Shown in pieces: positions 14,395 through 26,256 of a stretch of 64,000 nucleotides of DNA. The notes beneath the pieces are model-generated. The model did not search any database. It saw only the letters and a list, made by a program, of their open reading frames with translations, and had not been told where the DNA came from. The position numbers were made by a program, and so were the translations under genes. This DNA is from Antedon mediterranea (taxonomy: Eukaryota; Animalia; Echinodermata). Positions within the stretch are counted from its first letter, which is position 1, and each line of letters opens with the position of its first letter. The DNA lies in NCBI RefSeq assembly GCF_964355755.1, contig NC_092672.1, forward strand, positions 16,306,001 to 16,370,000, written 5' to 3'.

Positions 14395-15485
14395 TTTAAA
14401 AAATCGCGGTTGTATTTTTGTTTTATATGGACATATAAACATAGAAACCACCAGCTAATACCAGAAATACCAACAGCTTATGTATCAATTTTTAAAATCA
14501 ACACCAGCTAATTTAGAACGGTCAGCAGATAATGTAGTAACGAAAATTGCCTCACAGCTAATGTTGAAAATATTGTATAATTTAAAAACCTATCTACATC
14601 ATGTGAAAATGCATTTCTTTACTTACCGGTAGCTATCCATCTATCCACGTCTCGTAAGTGACCAACCAACCAACAACCACTTCTAGTAAGTAACCACCTC
14701 TATTGAACGACCACCGTCTCTGATAATCGCCCACCATCTCTTAACGACCACACCACTCGTCAAGGACGAGCTATTTTAAAGGACCACCACCTCGGCTTCT
14801 CATAATCAACCTCATGACGGACTACCTCTCTTAACGACCACGCCTAAAGTGTCGACCTCTCTATAAAAAAAAACGTCCACCTCTCCACTGGGACCACTTC
14901 TCATAATCGACTACCATCCGTAACGACCACCTTTCGCAAATTACCACCTCTATTGAGGTGGTCACTTACGGGAGGTGTAGTCGGTAAAAGAAGTGGTCGT
15001 CTACGAGCGGTGGTAGTTTATGAAAAGCAGTCCCTTATGAGAGGAGGTTACCCCTTCAGGAAGTTGTCCATTGTGAGAAGCGGTCCTTTAACAGAGGTAG
15101 TCCCTTTTAAATATTAAAGGTGGTCGCTAACAAGGGTAGTTGCTTACGATCAGAGTGCTACGTTTTGAAAGCCGATCACTTACGAGAGGTGGATAGACTG
15201 ACAGCTAAACTAAGTAGAGAAATACATTTGCACATGATTTAGACATTTAGGTTTGTAAAATATATAATTATTATTTTATTAGCTGGCGATATTAACTACA
15301 TCAGCTGTGAGGCAATTTTCGTTACTTCATTACCTGTTAAGTTGTATATTAGCTAATGTTGATTTTTATTTAATAAATAACTGTTGGTGTTTCTACATTA
15401 GCTAGTTCTAGGTTTTACTACATGGGTGGATTTGACAGTTTCGACGACATTTGCTGCCGTTTTCTACACTAGCGGTTTTGAACAG
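14395..15485. repeat. Fold-back element with GACCACCTCTC-type subrepeats; related partial copy at about 18340-19115
   Basis: 14530-14660 is inverted at 15180-15330, with a symmetry centre ACCACCTCTATTGAGGTGGT at about 14943-14962. Confidence 0.55.
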
Positions 15486-16310
15486 GGACTAGTGTAAAGG
15501 AAATGCCACAAGTTGTGTTTTTTTATTTTTTTTTATTTATTGTTTTGTGTACTAAAGTGGCAGCATAATCAGTATTTATTTTTACCAGATGTCCAGCAAG
15601 GGTAATGTCCCATAACTCAGGCCACAATTGTCAGGTCAACCTCAAAACAGCGGCTCTCGGGAGATATTAATTACCGGTAGTCGTGTTAACTGTCATCTGT
15701 TATTTGTCAGGAGAAGGGGTGCGAACTTGCCATATCTCAAATTAAGATTACGCTTACCATGAATATGATTTCATTACAAGAATTATATACCACAGTATGT
15801 TACGTAATTTAATTCTCTTATTTTAAAAAATAACTAAATAAATTAGTATATGATTCTAGTATAAGTATTATAAAAAATGTTTCTATTTAATATACAGGGA
15901 GCGGGGGTTGCCTCATAGCCTGAACGGTTTTAATACGAACTTATGTACTATAATATTATTTTACGTAGATTACTATTTAATATTATTTTATTTATTTAAC
16001 AACATATTTATACAGGATTATACACAATCAAGTAGAAATATACTTGTTTTGCATTGTGGTCCTGTCGACAAAAACGGATACAAATTTAAATACAATTTCA
16101 ATTAATATTATAATATAATTTGAGATGAACGTATAATATGTAATAAAGAATAACTATATGATTATATTTTATACTCCTATCTGAATGTGCTATTTATTGT
16201 GTAATAGAACGACTGAAGCGTTTACCAATAAGAGTATCTTCGAAATTTAATTTAATAAATGGCATTTCCCTCCAATAGTTTTTTTCTCTCATTTTTTGTG
16301 TACTTGCCAC

Positions 16311-16740
16311 TGTAATAAATTACCATTCCCTAACCATGAACATTCTAGAATAAGATGTTTACATTTAAGACATCATGTATAATTAATATAATAACAATCA
16401 GGAACATTCCAGTATGCTATTAATAGAAACTGTAATCAAATAGAATAAGAAGTATAAAGAATGATATAGAAGGATAGGAACATCTTGTATATAAAGGGAT
16501 GTAAAACTATTGTCATGTTGTTGGATATTAGAGGTTGGATATTAGATTGTAAAAGTTATTGTGAAGCTGTTGTTTAAAATGCTTACTGGGTTGTTGAAAG
16601 TTGAAGTTGATTGAAATTAAAGATTTGTTTTTGAGTTATTTTACAACTTTGTGAATTTGGTGTGTATACTTTTATGTCACAAGGGAGTTTCTAAAGTATT
16701 TTCAACCGCTCGGAAACATACGTAAAAGGAGTTCGTGACA
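16311..16740 (+). mobile_element. Solo LTR (430 bp)
   Basis: TGTAA..TGACA ends, flanks GCCAC/TCCAC (5-bp TSD with one mismatch), TATATAAA near 16488 and ATTAAA near 16616. A second copy is split between about 50752-50842 and 55687-55818. Confidence 0.7.
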
Positions 16741-16965
16741 TCCACTTAAGGCACAAAGTTTAAATTATAGGCCTACACCTGACAAAACTGTTTGCTCTTT
16801 CTTCTAATCGGCAATTGGTTAAAACAAATGTAGCAAGAAGCTGATTGGCTCAATGTTTGTTCAAAACCTCCTACATTTAAAAAATCATTCACTTTGCTTG
16901 CAAAGTTCCAATCACGGTGTTGTTCGTTACAATCTGCCTTCTTTCTATTTTTACTTATTATCATT

Positions 16966-17213
16966 ATGGCCGATCATGAGTTTGATGCCTTGAGAAACTA
17001 TCTACAAAACAACGTTTATCCTGTAAATTATTCTGAAATATTAAAACGAAGTTTGCGACGGAAAGCCAAGAACTTTACAATTTTTCGTGATATCTTGTAT
17101 TACAAACAACATTCTGGTAGATTGTTGCGTGTATTGTTACCGAAAGAAAAAAACGAAGTGTTAAACAGTATCCATAAGCAGGCACATGGTGGTCACTTGG
17201 GTGTCAACAAAAC
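16966..17213 (+). CDS. Ginger1 transposase exon 1 (YPYY-like N-terminal motif and the two His of the H2C2 finger)
   Basis: MADHEFDALRNYLQNNVYP..KRSLRRKAKNF..LYY..SIHKQAHGGHLGVNK. GTAAGT donor at 17214, phase 2. Confidence 0.8.
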
Positions 17214-19456
17214 GTAAGTTTAAAGTTTGTCAATTAAATAATATTTAAGCTTCGATAAGTTTCTGGGTGACTTTAAAACTGTTTATATGTTTGGCCAGGT
17301 GGAATGCCATCCTGAGATGAGTATTAGTAATTAGTACAGCATTGTTTTTAAATGATTTTATACGTAATTTTACTTTCTGTGGACCACAGAATTCGAAACA
17401 AATGATTAAATGAATGAATTAAATGAATAATAACTAATACTTATCAATTGAAAAATGTATAATGACCGTGTACATTATGAAGTTAGTATTTTATATATAG
17501 ATTCAAACATATTTTTATACCTCCATGAATGAAAAATATGTTAAGTCGATAATAATTTCTACTCAATATATTATCGCAATTAATTGTATAAATATATTGA
17601 AGTTGAACATAAAATATCACATGTAAAAAATACAAAACATATATTGGCATTCAATAATTAATCAAAAATGTTCCGAATATGAGCACTGTTTCAATAATTT
17701 GACAGATTATTATTATATAATTTACACAGTGCTACACAACGCATATATCTTTAGTTCAAAATTAAGATATCTCTTTTAATAAAGATAGATTATTTCAATT
17801 GAAAACTAAGATGTCTTACTTTTTAAAAGAAATATCTATGTTAATAGATATTTTTTTGTAGGCTTATTACACCTCGAAAAACCAAGAAGAATACAGTACA
17901 ACTAGCTCTATCTATAATAGTAATGTTTTAGTTTTATAACAGTTCATATACGGTACTCTACACGTGCCCACTGCATAACTAACACAGAAAAAAATCCACT
18001 TGTGATATTCCGAATGGGACAAGAATCTTCCATTCTAAATATCTTGGTAAGTAAGTAATATAGAGATATCCCTCATGAGAGATATCTTAGTTTTAAATAG
18101 TGATACAAATACTTCCCGAATGAAAACTTATTCAGGTCTTGGTATAATAAATATGTTCAATATTAGTTGCTCATTCATAATGCAAAAAGCCATATCAGTA
18201 TTAACTTTCGTTCGTTTAAAATGTATACTTATGAAAGAAAACACAATTTGACAAAAAAAAAGGTAAGGAAGAAGACTTTTATTATGTAACTTTAAAGTGG
18301 ATTATTACATTTTTTTTTAGGGAATACTTCTTTAAAAAAAACGCATTTTCAATAACAAAACTAGTTTCCAATCCCCCGGTAATGGAGTAAAACCACCTGC
18401 AGCTTATGTAATGAAAAAAATTAACACCATGTAGAACGATCAACAACGAATGTAGGAACGAAAATTGCATCCCAGCTAATGTAGGACTATCGCCAGCTAA
18501 TGTAGAAAATATATATTTTACAAACCTAAATGTCTAAATCATGTGCAAATGCATCTGTTTACTTAGCTATCCATCTATCCACGTCTCGTAACGGACCAAC
18601 TTTCTAAAACGACCACACATCGTAAGCAACCAACTCTTTTAAGGGACCGTTTCTCATAATCGACTTCCTCTCTCGTAACGACAACTTTTTTGGGTGACCA
18701 CCTCTATTAAACGGCCATCGTCTCTGTTAAGGGATCGCTTCCCATAATCGACCAACTATTGTAAGTGATCACATCCTCTCATTATGGACCGCTTCTCATA
18801 ATCGACCACCTCTCGTAGTAAGCGACCACCTCTCTTAACAACCACAACTCTCGTAAGCGACCGCTTTTTATTTTCGACCGCCTCTCGTAAGTGATGATCT
18901 CTTTTAGAAGACCACCATATCTCTAAATGGACCGCTTCTCATAATATACCAACTCTTGTATAAATCACCTCTCTTAAGTGACCACTTCTAATAAACGACC
19001 TCTCTGTTAGGAGACCGCTTCTCATAATCGATCACATATCGTAAGCGACCACCTCCCTTATCGACCACATCTTTCGTAAGTGACCACCTATTTTAAAGGA
19101 CCACTACCTCTCGCAATCTACCATTGTGGCTCACTAAAAAGTACCCGGTTTCCTTAATAGGGTGTCCTCTACATTTTAAAAATAAATAAATTTAACCAGT
19201 ATGTAGTGTTAAAACGTATATATTTCCCCTTGTTTATTTTAAAAAAAAAGTGGCGATTTTTATATCTACTCTGTCGCACATTCACCAAGCGTACACAATA
19301 ATTCTAGTAGGACAATTAATTATTTATACTTTTCAAGTTAGTTTTTTATTGCCTGAGTGAATTATTACCAGATTGAGGGCGTAGTTATTTTGTATGGGAG
19401 GCTGCACTCAATTTGAAGTTTATATGGGGGTATTTAGAATGTAAACACGGTACAAT

Positions 19457-19478
19457 CAGGGAGATGTAAATCTCCCTG
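19457..19478. mobile_element. TIR-only remnant (probable P-superfamily excision footprint)
   Basis: GTACAAT-[CAGGGAGAT gtaa ATCTCCCTG]-GTACAAT: a 7-bp duplication around a 22-bp hairpin. Confidence 0.55.
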
Positions 19479-19857
19479 GTACAATGTGACACGGAATCAT
19501 CACGGACTGATGGACATTTTTCATAGAAGGTATCTTTTCCCTTTTCAATATTCATTTATCATTGTCAAATAAAAAAACTAGAAACATAGATAAATATTAA
19601 AAGTTAATTAATCAGTTGTGCCCAGTGCTTGCCTTAAACGAAAAGTTAAAATATATGGAACGCCAAACTGTAATGTTATTATAATGCATTGATGAGAATG
19701 GTGATGTGAACTGCGGTAATAAATAATAAATAATATTAAAAAACAAAATAAAATTAAAATATTTAAAGAATCCATAATACAGTTTTAAGGTCAATAGTAA
19801 ACCTACAAAGAGATTGAATATCATCAATACAATAAACACATTTTTTTTTTTTAACAG

Positions 19858-20057
19858 TTGGAAAAAGATACGCGAAAGGTATTATTGGAAGGGGTCATTT
19901 GATGGTGTTCGTAATTTTATAGCCGCCTGTGATCAGTGCCAACGGAAAGAAGTTTAAAAAAAAGCAAAAGTGCCACTTCAACCTATACCCGTAACAGATA
20001 CTGCTTTCAGACAGATCGGTATGGATATTGTTGGGCCTTTGGTAAAGACAGAAAATG
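19858..20057 (+). pseudogene. Ginger1 transposase exon 2 (CxxC and first catalytic Asp), one in-frame stop
   Basis: Poly-T then AACAG acceptor. Reads WKKIRERYYWKG..CDQCQRKEV*KKAKVPLQPIPV..FRQIGMDIVGPLVKTEN, with TAA at 19955-19957 and a GTAAGG donor at 20058. Phases fit exons 1 and 3. Confidence 0.85.
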
Positions 20058-20690
20058 GTAAGGTATCTCATGACAAATTACTGAAAAACAAAAATGCTGT
20101 GACTGGATAAAAAAGCTAAATCAAAACGTAAAAGTAAAAAGCAAGAAGACATGAATGAAATACGTTCAGAAAACTTTGTAATTCATTCTTCAGGGCCTAA
20201 AATTACAGTTAATAATTAGTTCTGTTCGGCCTTTATTGTAATAGAGCTGAACTTAAATTTATTATTGTAAAGGCACAAGCGCAATTTCTGTGAGGTTTCT
20301 TGAAATTGTTAACTAAACTAAAATTATGACAGTTCTCTTTTTTACACTGTCAACAAAAACTAGATTTACCAAGAATCAGATGCTCTTATTATTGTCACCG
20401 GATTTACATCGATTATGGCTATACTGTAATAATCTTTATTTCTGCCTGTTTTAATTTGATCCAAACCATGACTGGGGTAATACTGTTCAGCGCATAGAGG
20501 TTTTACAACATTAGGCGCTATGTAAATCCACGATATTATTATTGTTCTTGTTCTTATTATATTTATTGATATTAATATTGTTATTATTATTGTTATTTCA
20601 TTCGTACAGTTCGGGTGTTGTACATCTCATCATGACATTTTGACACTACTATTATTACGGCTTATTATATTATTATTTGCTGTGTTTCAG

Positions 20691-22189
20691 GTAATCGGTA
20701 CTTACTTGTATTTACGGAGTACCTTACCAAATGGGTGGAAGCTGATGCAATTCCAGATAAATCTGCTAAAACAGTGCTGAGATCTTTTATTGATTTTGTC
20801 TGCAGACATGGAACACCTTCTATATTGATTACAGACCAGGGTAGAGAGTTTTGTAATGAGCTGAATGACAGCTTCTGTAAGCTGATTGGGGTAGACCACA
20901 GAGTTGCCTCACCATACCATCCTCAAACAGGCGGGCAAACGGAGCGCTTTAACAGAACACTTTGCACAATGCTTATGACGTTGACCAACGCAGACCAAAA
21001 TGACTGGGATATACAACTCCCATACGTGTTGTTTGCCTACAGAACATCCGAGCACAAGTCTACGAAATGTGACCCATTCTCATTAGTTTACGGTAGAAAG
21101 GCTGTGTTGCCTGTAGAATTACGTATTCCCATCGTTTCGTCTAATAAAGATGACATATCCGGAACTGTTCCTTTAAAAATAAGAGTGGACGCTTTTTTGA
21201 AACTCAAAGATTCAAGGAGAAAGGCATCAGAAAATATCAAAAAAGCACAGAAAAAGCAAAAACATTATCATGATGCTGGTGTTAAAAGCAACACGTACTA
21301 TGCAGGAGATCAAGTGCTCTTGCAGAATTCCAGAAATTTGTCAAGAAAGGGAGGCAAACTTAATGCTCGATGGACTGGTCCATATATTATAGAAAAAGTC
21401 CTCACTCACAATACATATCGACTAAAAGGAAGAAGGGCTATTGTTAACGGAAACAAGATCAGACATTACAAGTCCGATAAAACAACCTCTTTGAACTGTC
21501 CATCATCAAGCACTAAACAGAAATGTAATACCAATGATAAGCATCTCCCTCCAAAGAAACGAAAGCGAACGCCAGACATCCCACCTGAAGTAACGCACCA
21601 TGATAACATACCTACATCCAAGAATGGTGATATCACACCGGATGATCACATTATTAACATACCTACATCCAAGAATGTTGATGATAACGATAACAGACCT
21701 ACATCCAAGAATTATGATATCACACCGGATGATCACATTAACATACCTACATCCAAGAACGATGATATCACACTGGATAATCACGATAACATACCTACAT
21801 TAGACAATGATAATGTCGCACCGGATGATGACCATGACAACAGTAGGCCTGTATCTGATAGTGATGTGGTATACCTCAACACGAAAACTTCAAGAAAGTT
21901 ATTCTTTCCTGTCGATGCCAATTGGCAGCTTGAAAAGGCAGCACCATTTGGTATCAATGTCAAAAATTTTCACAAAACTCACTTAAAATGTGAAATGGAC
22001 AAGGCAGCCAGGCCTACTAAAGTTGTTAATATGAGAGGGGACGGCAACTGTCTTTTTAGGGCTTTGAGTTATATTCTCTTTGGTGTCCAGAACTACCATG
22101 TAGTTGTACGGGATTACATACTAAACTATATGTCCATGAACAAAAACCTATCGCCCCAACCGAGACTCGAACTCGGACCGCCTGCTTGA
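20691..22189 (+). CDS. Ginger1 transposase exon 3: integrase core, GPY/F domain, repeat linker and N-terminal half of an OTU protease
   Basis: TTTCAG acceptor, then (G)NRYLLVFTEYLTKWVEA, ITDQGREF, SPYHPQTGGQTERFNRT, KLNARWTGPY and VNMRGDGNCLFRALS. The last residues are read through an inserted SINE from about 22141. Confidence 0.9.
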
Positions 22190-22560
22190 TATGCAGATGT
22201 CCTAACCGTTAGACCACTGGGGATTTCACGGTTCGAACTCGATTGGATAGCGACTCTTTAACATTCTCGGCGTGGTACGGCGGAACAGCACTAGTCCTCA
22301 GTTGTAAACACAACAGGCATAGAAATAAATTCCAAACCGCCCGGTGATACACTGAAAATGATTTAATTAATTTTTGAAACGATAAAGATGAGGAAATCTG
22401 AGAGAATGAGAAAAAGTCGCCCCAACCGAGGCTCGAACTCGGACCGTCGGCTTGATATGCAGTTGCCCTAACCATTAGACCACTGGGGCTTTCATGGTAT
22501 TGTTCTTTAACTCGACCGGATAACGACCCTTTAACATTCTCGGCGTGGTACGGTTGGAAC
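22150..22560 (-). mobile_element. Tandem tRNA-derived (Asp-like) SINE-type repeat, two heads about 265 bp apart
   Basis: Reverse complements of about 22150-22225 and 22417-22490 fold as cloverleaves with A box (TGGTCTAAYGG), B box (GAGTTCGAGY) and loop ATATCAA. Confidence 0.7.
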
Positions 22561-22563
22561 ACA

Positions 22564-22568
<5 letters not shown>

Positions 22569-22637
<69 letters not shown>
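22569..22637. repeat. (TA)n microsatellite
   Basis: Uninterrupted TA run of about 69 bp. Confidence 0.95.
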
Positions 22638-22642
<5 letters not shown>

Positions 22643-23489
22643 CAGTAACAAGTGTACATTATTATAAATATAACAAATACATATATATTATATATATATA
22701 TATATATATGTATATGTATTTGTTTTATTTACAATAATGTACACTTGTTACTGAACTATGGAGAATTTTTTTTTTCCGAAATAAAAGAAGAATGAATGAA
22801 TGAATTTATTTTCAATCTTTCTACATAACAACAAATATATAGTATAACAGGGGAGTAGCGGAAAAGCAAAAGTAAAGTAAATTTGAACCAGCCAAACATG
22901 TATGAAACATTATCCAGTAAGCACATTTTATAAGAAGCTTTTGTTTATTAAAATGGGTTTCTCTGAAATTCCAGAAGTTTATTAAACATTGAAAATAACA
23001 CAATCGCCTTTAAACAAAATGCTGTTCAAAAAAAGAATCGGTTGAAGCAAGCGTTCTTATAACATCCGATAAAATGAAGGTTCAATAAAGTAGCCCTATT
23101 AACAAATGTATGAGGTCTCAGGCCTATCCCATATTAATTATTTTTATAGATACATTAATTTTAAGATTCCAGATACCGAATTGTTGTTTTTTTTACATAA
23201 CAAGTCATTTTTTCTTTGAATATAAATTCTGATTTAAGGACAAAATACTAAAATAAATACTTACACCAAAGGTGCATAAAAACGTGTTGATGTGGCGCTA
23301 TATCGATGTCATTATCTTTGCATTCACCCTAGACGCACATAGTGTGACACCCCTACCATATTCTCGATGTGACGATCAATGTACCAATTAACATAATACT
23401 TCAGTAAAACTGATTATGTTTTTTCAAGAGATCAGCTATATCGTGTTGATTATAAAAAGGTGCAACTTTTAATTGATTGGGGATTAAAC

Positions 23490-25990
23490 AAGTAAACTAT
23501 TTATTCTTCTTGTCTTTACTCGTACAAAATAATATAACGGTCGCTAATTGGAAGTGTTTAAACTAAAGTGATCTATAATTGGAAGAGGACCCGTACAATT
23601 ACTTGTTTTTTATCACATGATTATAAACTATTTATTCTTCTTGTCTTAACTAGTATTTATTCTTCTTGTCTTTATTCATACAAAATAATATAACGGTCGC
23701 TAAATGGAAGTGTCTTAAAGTAAAGTGACCTTTAATTGGAAAAGGACCAGTACAATTACTTATTTTTTATCACATGATTAAAATCTATTTATTCTTCTTG
23801 TCTGTACTCATACAAAATAATATAACGGTCGCTAATTGGAAGTGTCTTAAAGTAAAGTGATCTTTAATTGGAAGAGGACCAGTACAATTACTTGTTTTTT
23901 ATCACATGATTAAAATCTATTTATTCTTCTTGTCTGTACTCATACAAAATAATATAACGGTCGCTAAATGGAAGTGTCTTAAAGTAAAGTGATCTTTCAT
24001 TGGAAGAGGACCAGTACAATTACTTGTTTTTTATCACATGATTAAAATCTATTTATTCTTCTAATTGTCTGTACTCATACAAAATAATATAACGGTCGCT
24101 AATTGGAGGTGTCTTACAGTAAAGTGACCTTTAATTGGAAGAGGACCAGTACAATTACTTATTTTATATCACATGATTATAAACTATTTATGCTTCTTGT
24201 TTTTATTCATAAAAAATAATATAACGGTCGCTAATTGGAAGTGTTTTAAAGTAAAGTGATCTTTCATTGGAAGAGGACCAGTACAATTACTTGTTTTTTA
24301 TCACATGAATAAAATCTATTTATTCTTCTTGTCTGTACTCATACAAAATAATATAACGGTCGCTAATTGGAAGTGTCTTACAGTAAAGTGACCTTTAATT
24401 GGAAGAGTACCCGTACAATTACTTATTTTATATCACATGATTATAAACTATTTATTATTCTTGTCTTTATTCATACAAAATAATATAACGGTCGCTAAAT
24501 GGAAGTTTCTTGAAGTAAAGTGACCATTAATTGGAAGAGGACCAGTACAATTACTTATTTTTTATCACATGATTAAAATCTATTTATTATTCTTGTCTGT
24601 ACTCATACAAAATAATATAACGGTCGCTAATTGGAAGTGTCTTAAAGTAAAGTGATCTTTAATTGGAAGAGGACCAGTACAATTACTTGTTTTTTTTATC
24701 ACATGATTAAAATCTATTTATTCTTCTTGTCTGTACTCATACAAAATAATATAACGGTCGCTAAATGGAAGTGTCTTAAAGTAAAGTGATCTTTCATTGG
24801 AAGAGGACCAGTACAATTACTTGTTTTTTATTACATGATTAAAATCTATTTATTCTTCTAATTGTCTGTACTCATACAAAATAATATAACGGTCGCTAAT
24901 TGGAAGTGTCTTAAAGTAAAGTGATCTTTAATTGGAAGAAGACCAGTACAATTACTTATTTTATATCACATGATTATAAACTATTTATGCTTCATGTTTT
25001 TATTCATAAAAAATAATATAACGGTCGCTAATTGGAAGTGTCTTAAAGTAAAGTGATCTTTCATTGGAAGAGGACCAGTACAATTACTTGTTTTTTATCA
25101 CATGATTAAAATCTATTTATTCTTCTTGTCTGTACTCATACAAAATAATATAACGGTCGCTAATTGGAAGTGTCTTACAGTAAAGTGACCTTTAATTGGA
25201 AGAGGACCAGTACAATTACTTGTTTTTTATCACATGATTAAAATCTATTTATTCTTCTTGTCTGTACTCATACAAAACAATATAACGGTCGCTAATTGGA
25301 AGTGTCTTAAAGTAAAGTGATCTTTAATTGAAAGAGGACCAGTACAATTACTTGTTTTTTTGTCATATGATTAAAATCTATTTATTATTCTTGCCTTTAT
25401 TCATACAAAATAATATAACGGTCGCTAATTGGAAGTGTTTAAATTAAAGTGATCTTTAATTGGAAGAGGACCAGTACAATTACTTGTTTTTTATCACATG
25501 ATTAAAATCTATTTATTCTTCTTGTTTCTATTCATACAAAACAATAATAACGGTCGCTAATTGGAAGTGTTTAAATTTAAGTGATCTTTAATTGGAAGAG
25601 GACCAGTACAATTACTTGTTTTTTATCACATGATTATAAACTATTTATTATTCTTGTCTTTACTCATACAAAATAATAAAACGGTCGCTAATTGGAAGTG
25701 TTTAATTTTAAGTGATCTTTAATTGGAGGAGGACCAGTACAATTACTTGTTTTTTGTCACATGATTAAAAACTATTATTACTCTTGTCTTTACTCATACA
25801 AAACAATAAAAATGGTCGCTAATTGGAAGTGTCTAAACTAAAGTGTTCTTTAATTGGAAGAGGACCAGTATAATTACTTGTTTTTATTACATGATTATTA
25901 TTATATTGTTATTTATTCTTCTTGTCTTTATTCATACCAAATAATATAATGGTCGCTAATTGGAGGTGTTTTAAGCCAAGTTATCTTTGA
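23490..25990 (+). repeat. About 132-bp tandem satellite, about 19 units, inside the Ginger1 3' region
   Basis: ATAACGGTCGCTAATTGGAAGTG..GAGGACCAGTACAATTACTT recurs, with the ACGG anchor at 23693, 23825, 23957 and 24092. Confidence 0.95.
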
Positions 25991-26256
25991 AAAATAAAAA
26001 CTAGTTTGGCATTATTAACAAATAGTGGTCGTTAAAAAAAGACAAGTGCATGCGCAATCACGATCAAAACCTGAATCTCAAATCTCAACCACGGACGGTA
26101 TTCAATCCAAGGGTCAGACATTATTAAACGCGCCGGACAGCATTAAATTGTTGGAAAACGCCCGCGAACCCGTTGAAACATGCAATTGGACACTATCCAA
26201 TGCTGAAAAGTGTCCACCCGGACACTTTTGAATGATGGACACATTTCAATCTTACA

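Larger units (their letters stand above)
13230..26256 (+). mobile_element. Ginger1-type DNA transposon (Gypsy-integrase transposase), both ends present
   Basis: About 60-bp imperfect TIRs TGTAAGATT..AATCTTACA. CCGT duplicated at 13226-13229 and 26257-26260. The host LINE reads HQYGFR|HNHSTSHA across the junction. Contains an intron-split integrase and no gag, RT or RNase H. Confidence 0.9.

Noticed and set aside
16311-22189. Gypsy LTR retrotransposon (LTR followed by integrase)
   Set aside because: There is no gag, protease, RT or RNase H and no second LTR. The LTR has its own TSD, and the integrase has introns and lies between TIRs.
16966-22189. Domesticated host gene GIN1/GIN2
   Set aside because: It sits within TIRs and a TSD inside a LINE, has a nonsense codon, and a second element end exists in the window.
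22150-22490. Functional tRNA-Asp genes
   Set aside because: Stem mismatches, an atypical ATC anticodon with A at loop position 32, and location in a tandem repeat favour a SINE origin.
23490-25990. CRISPR-like array
   Set aside because: Whole units are homologous with no unique spacers, the context is eukaryotic, and there are no cas genes.
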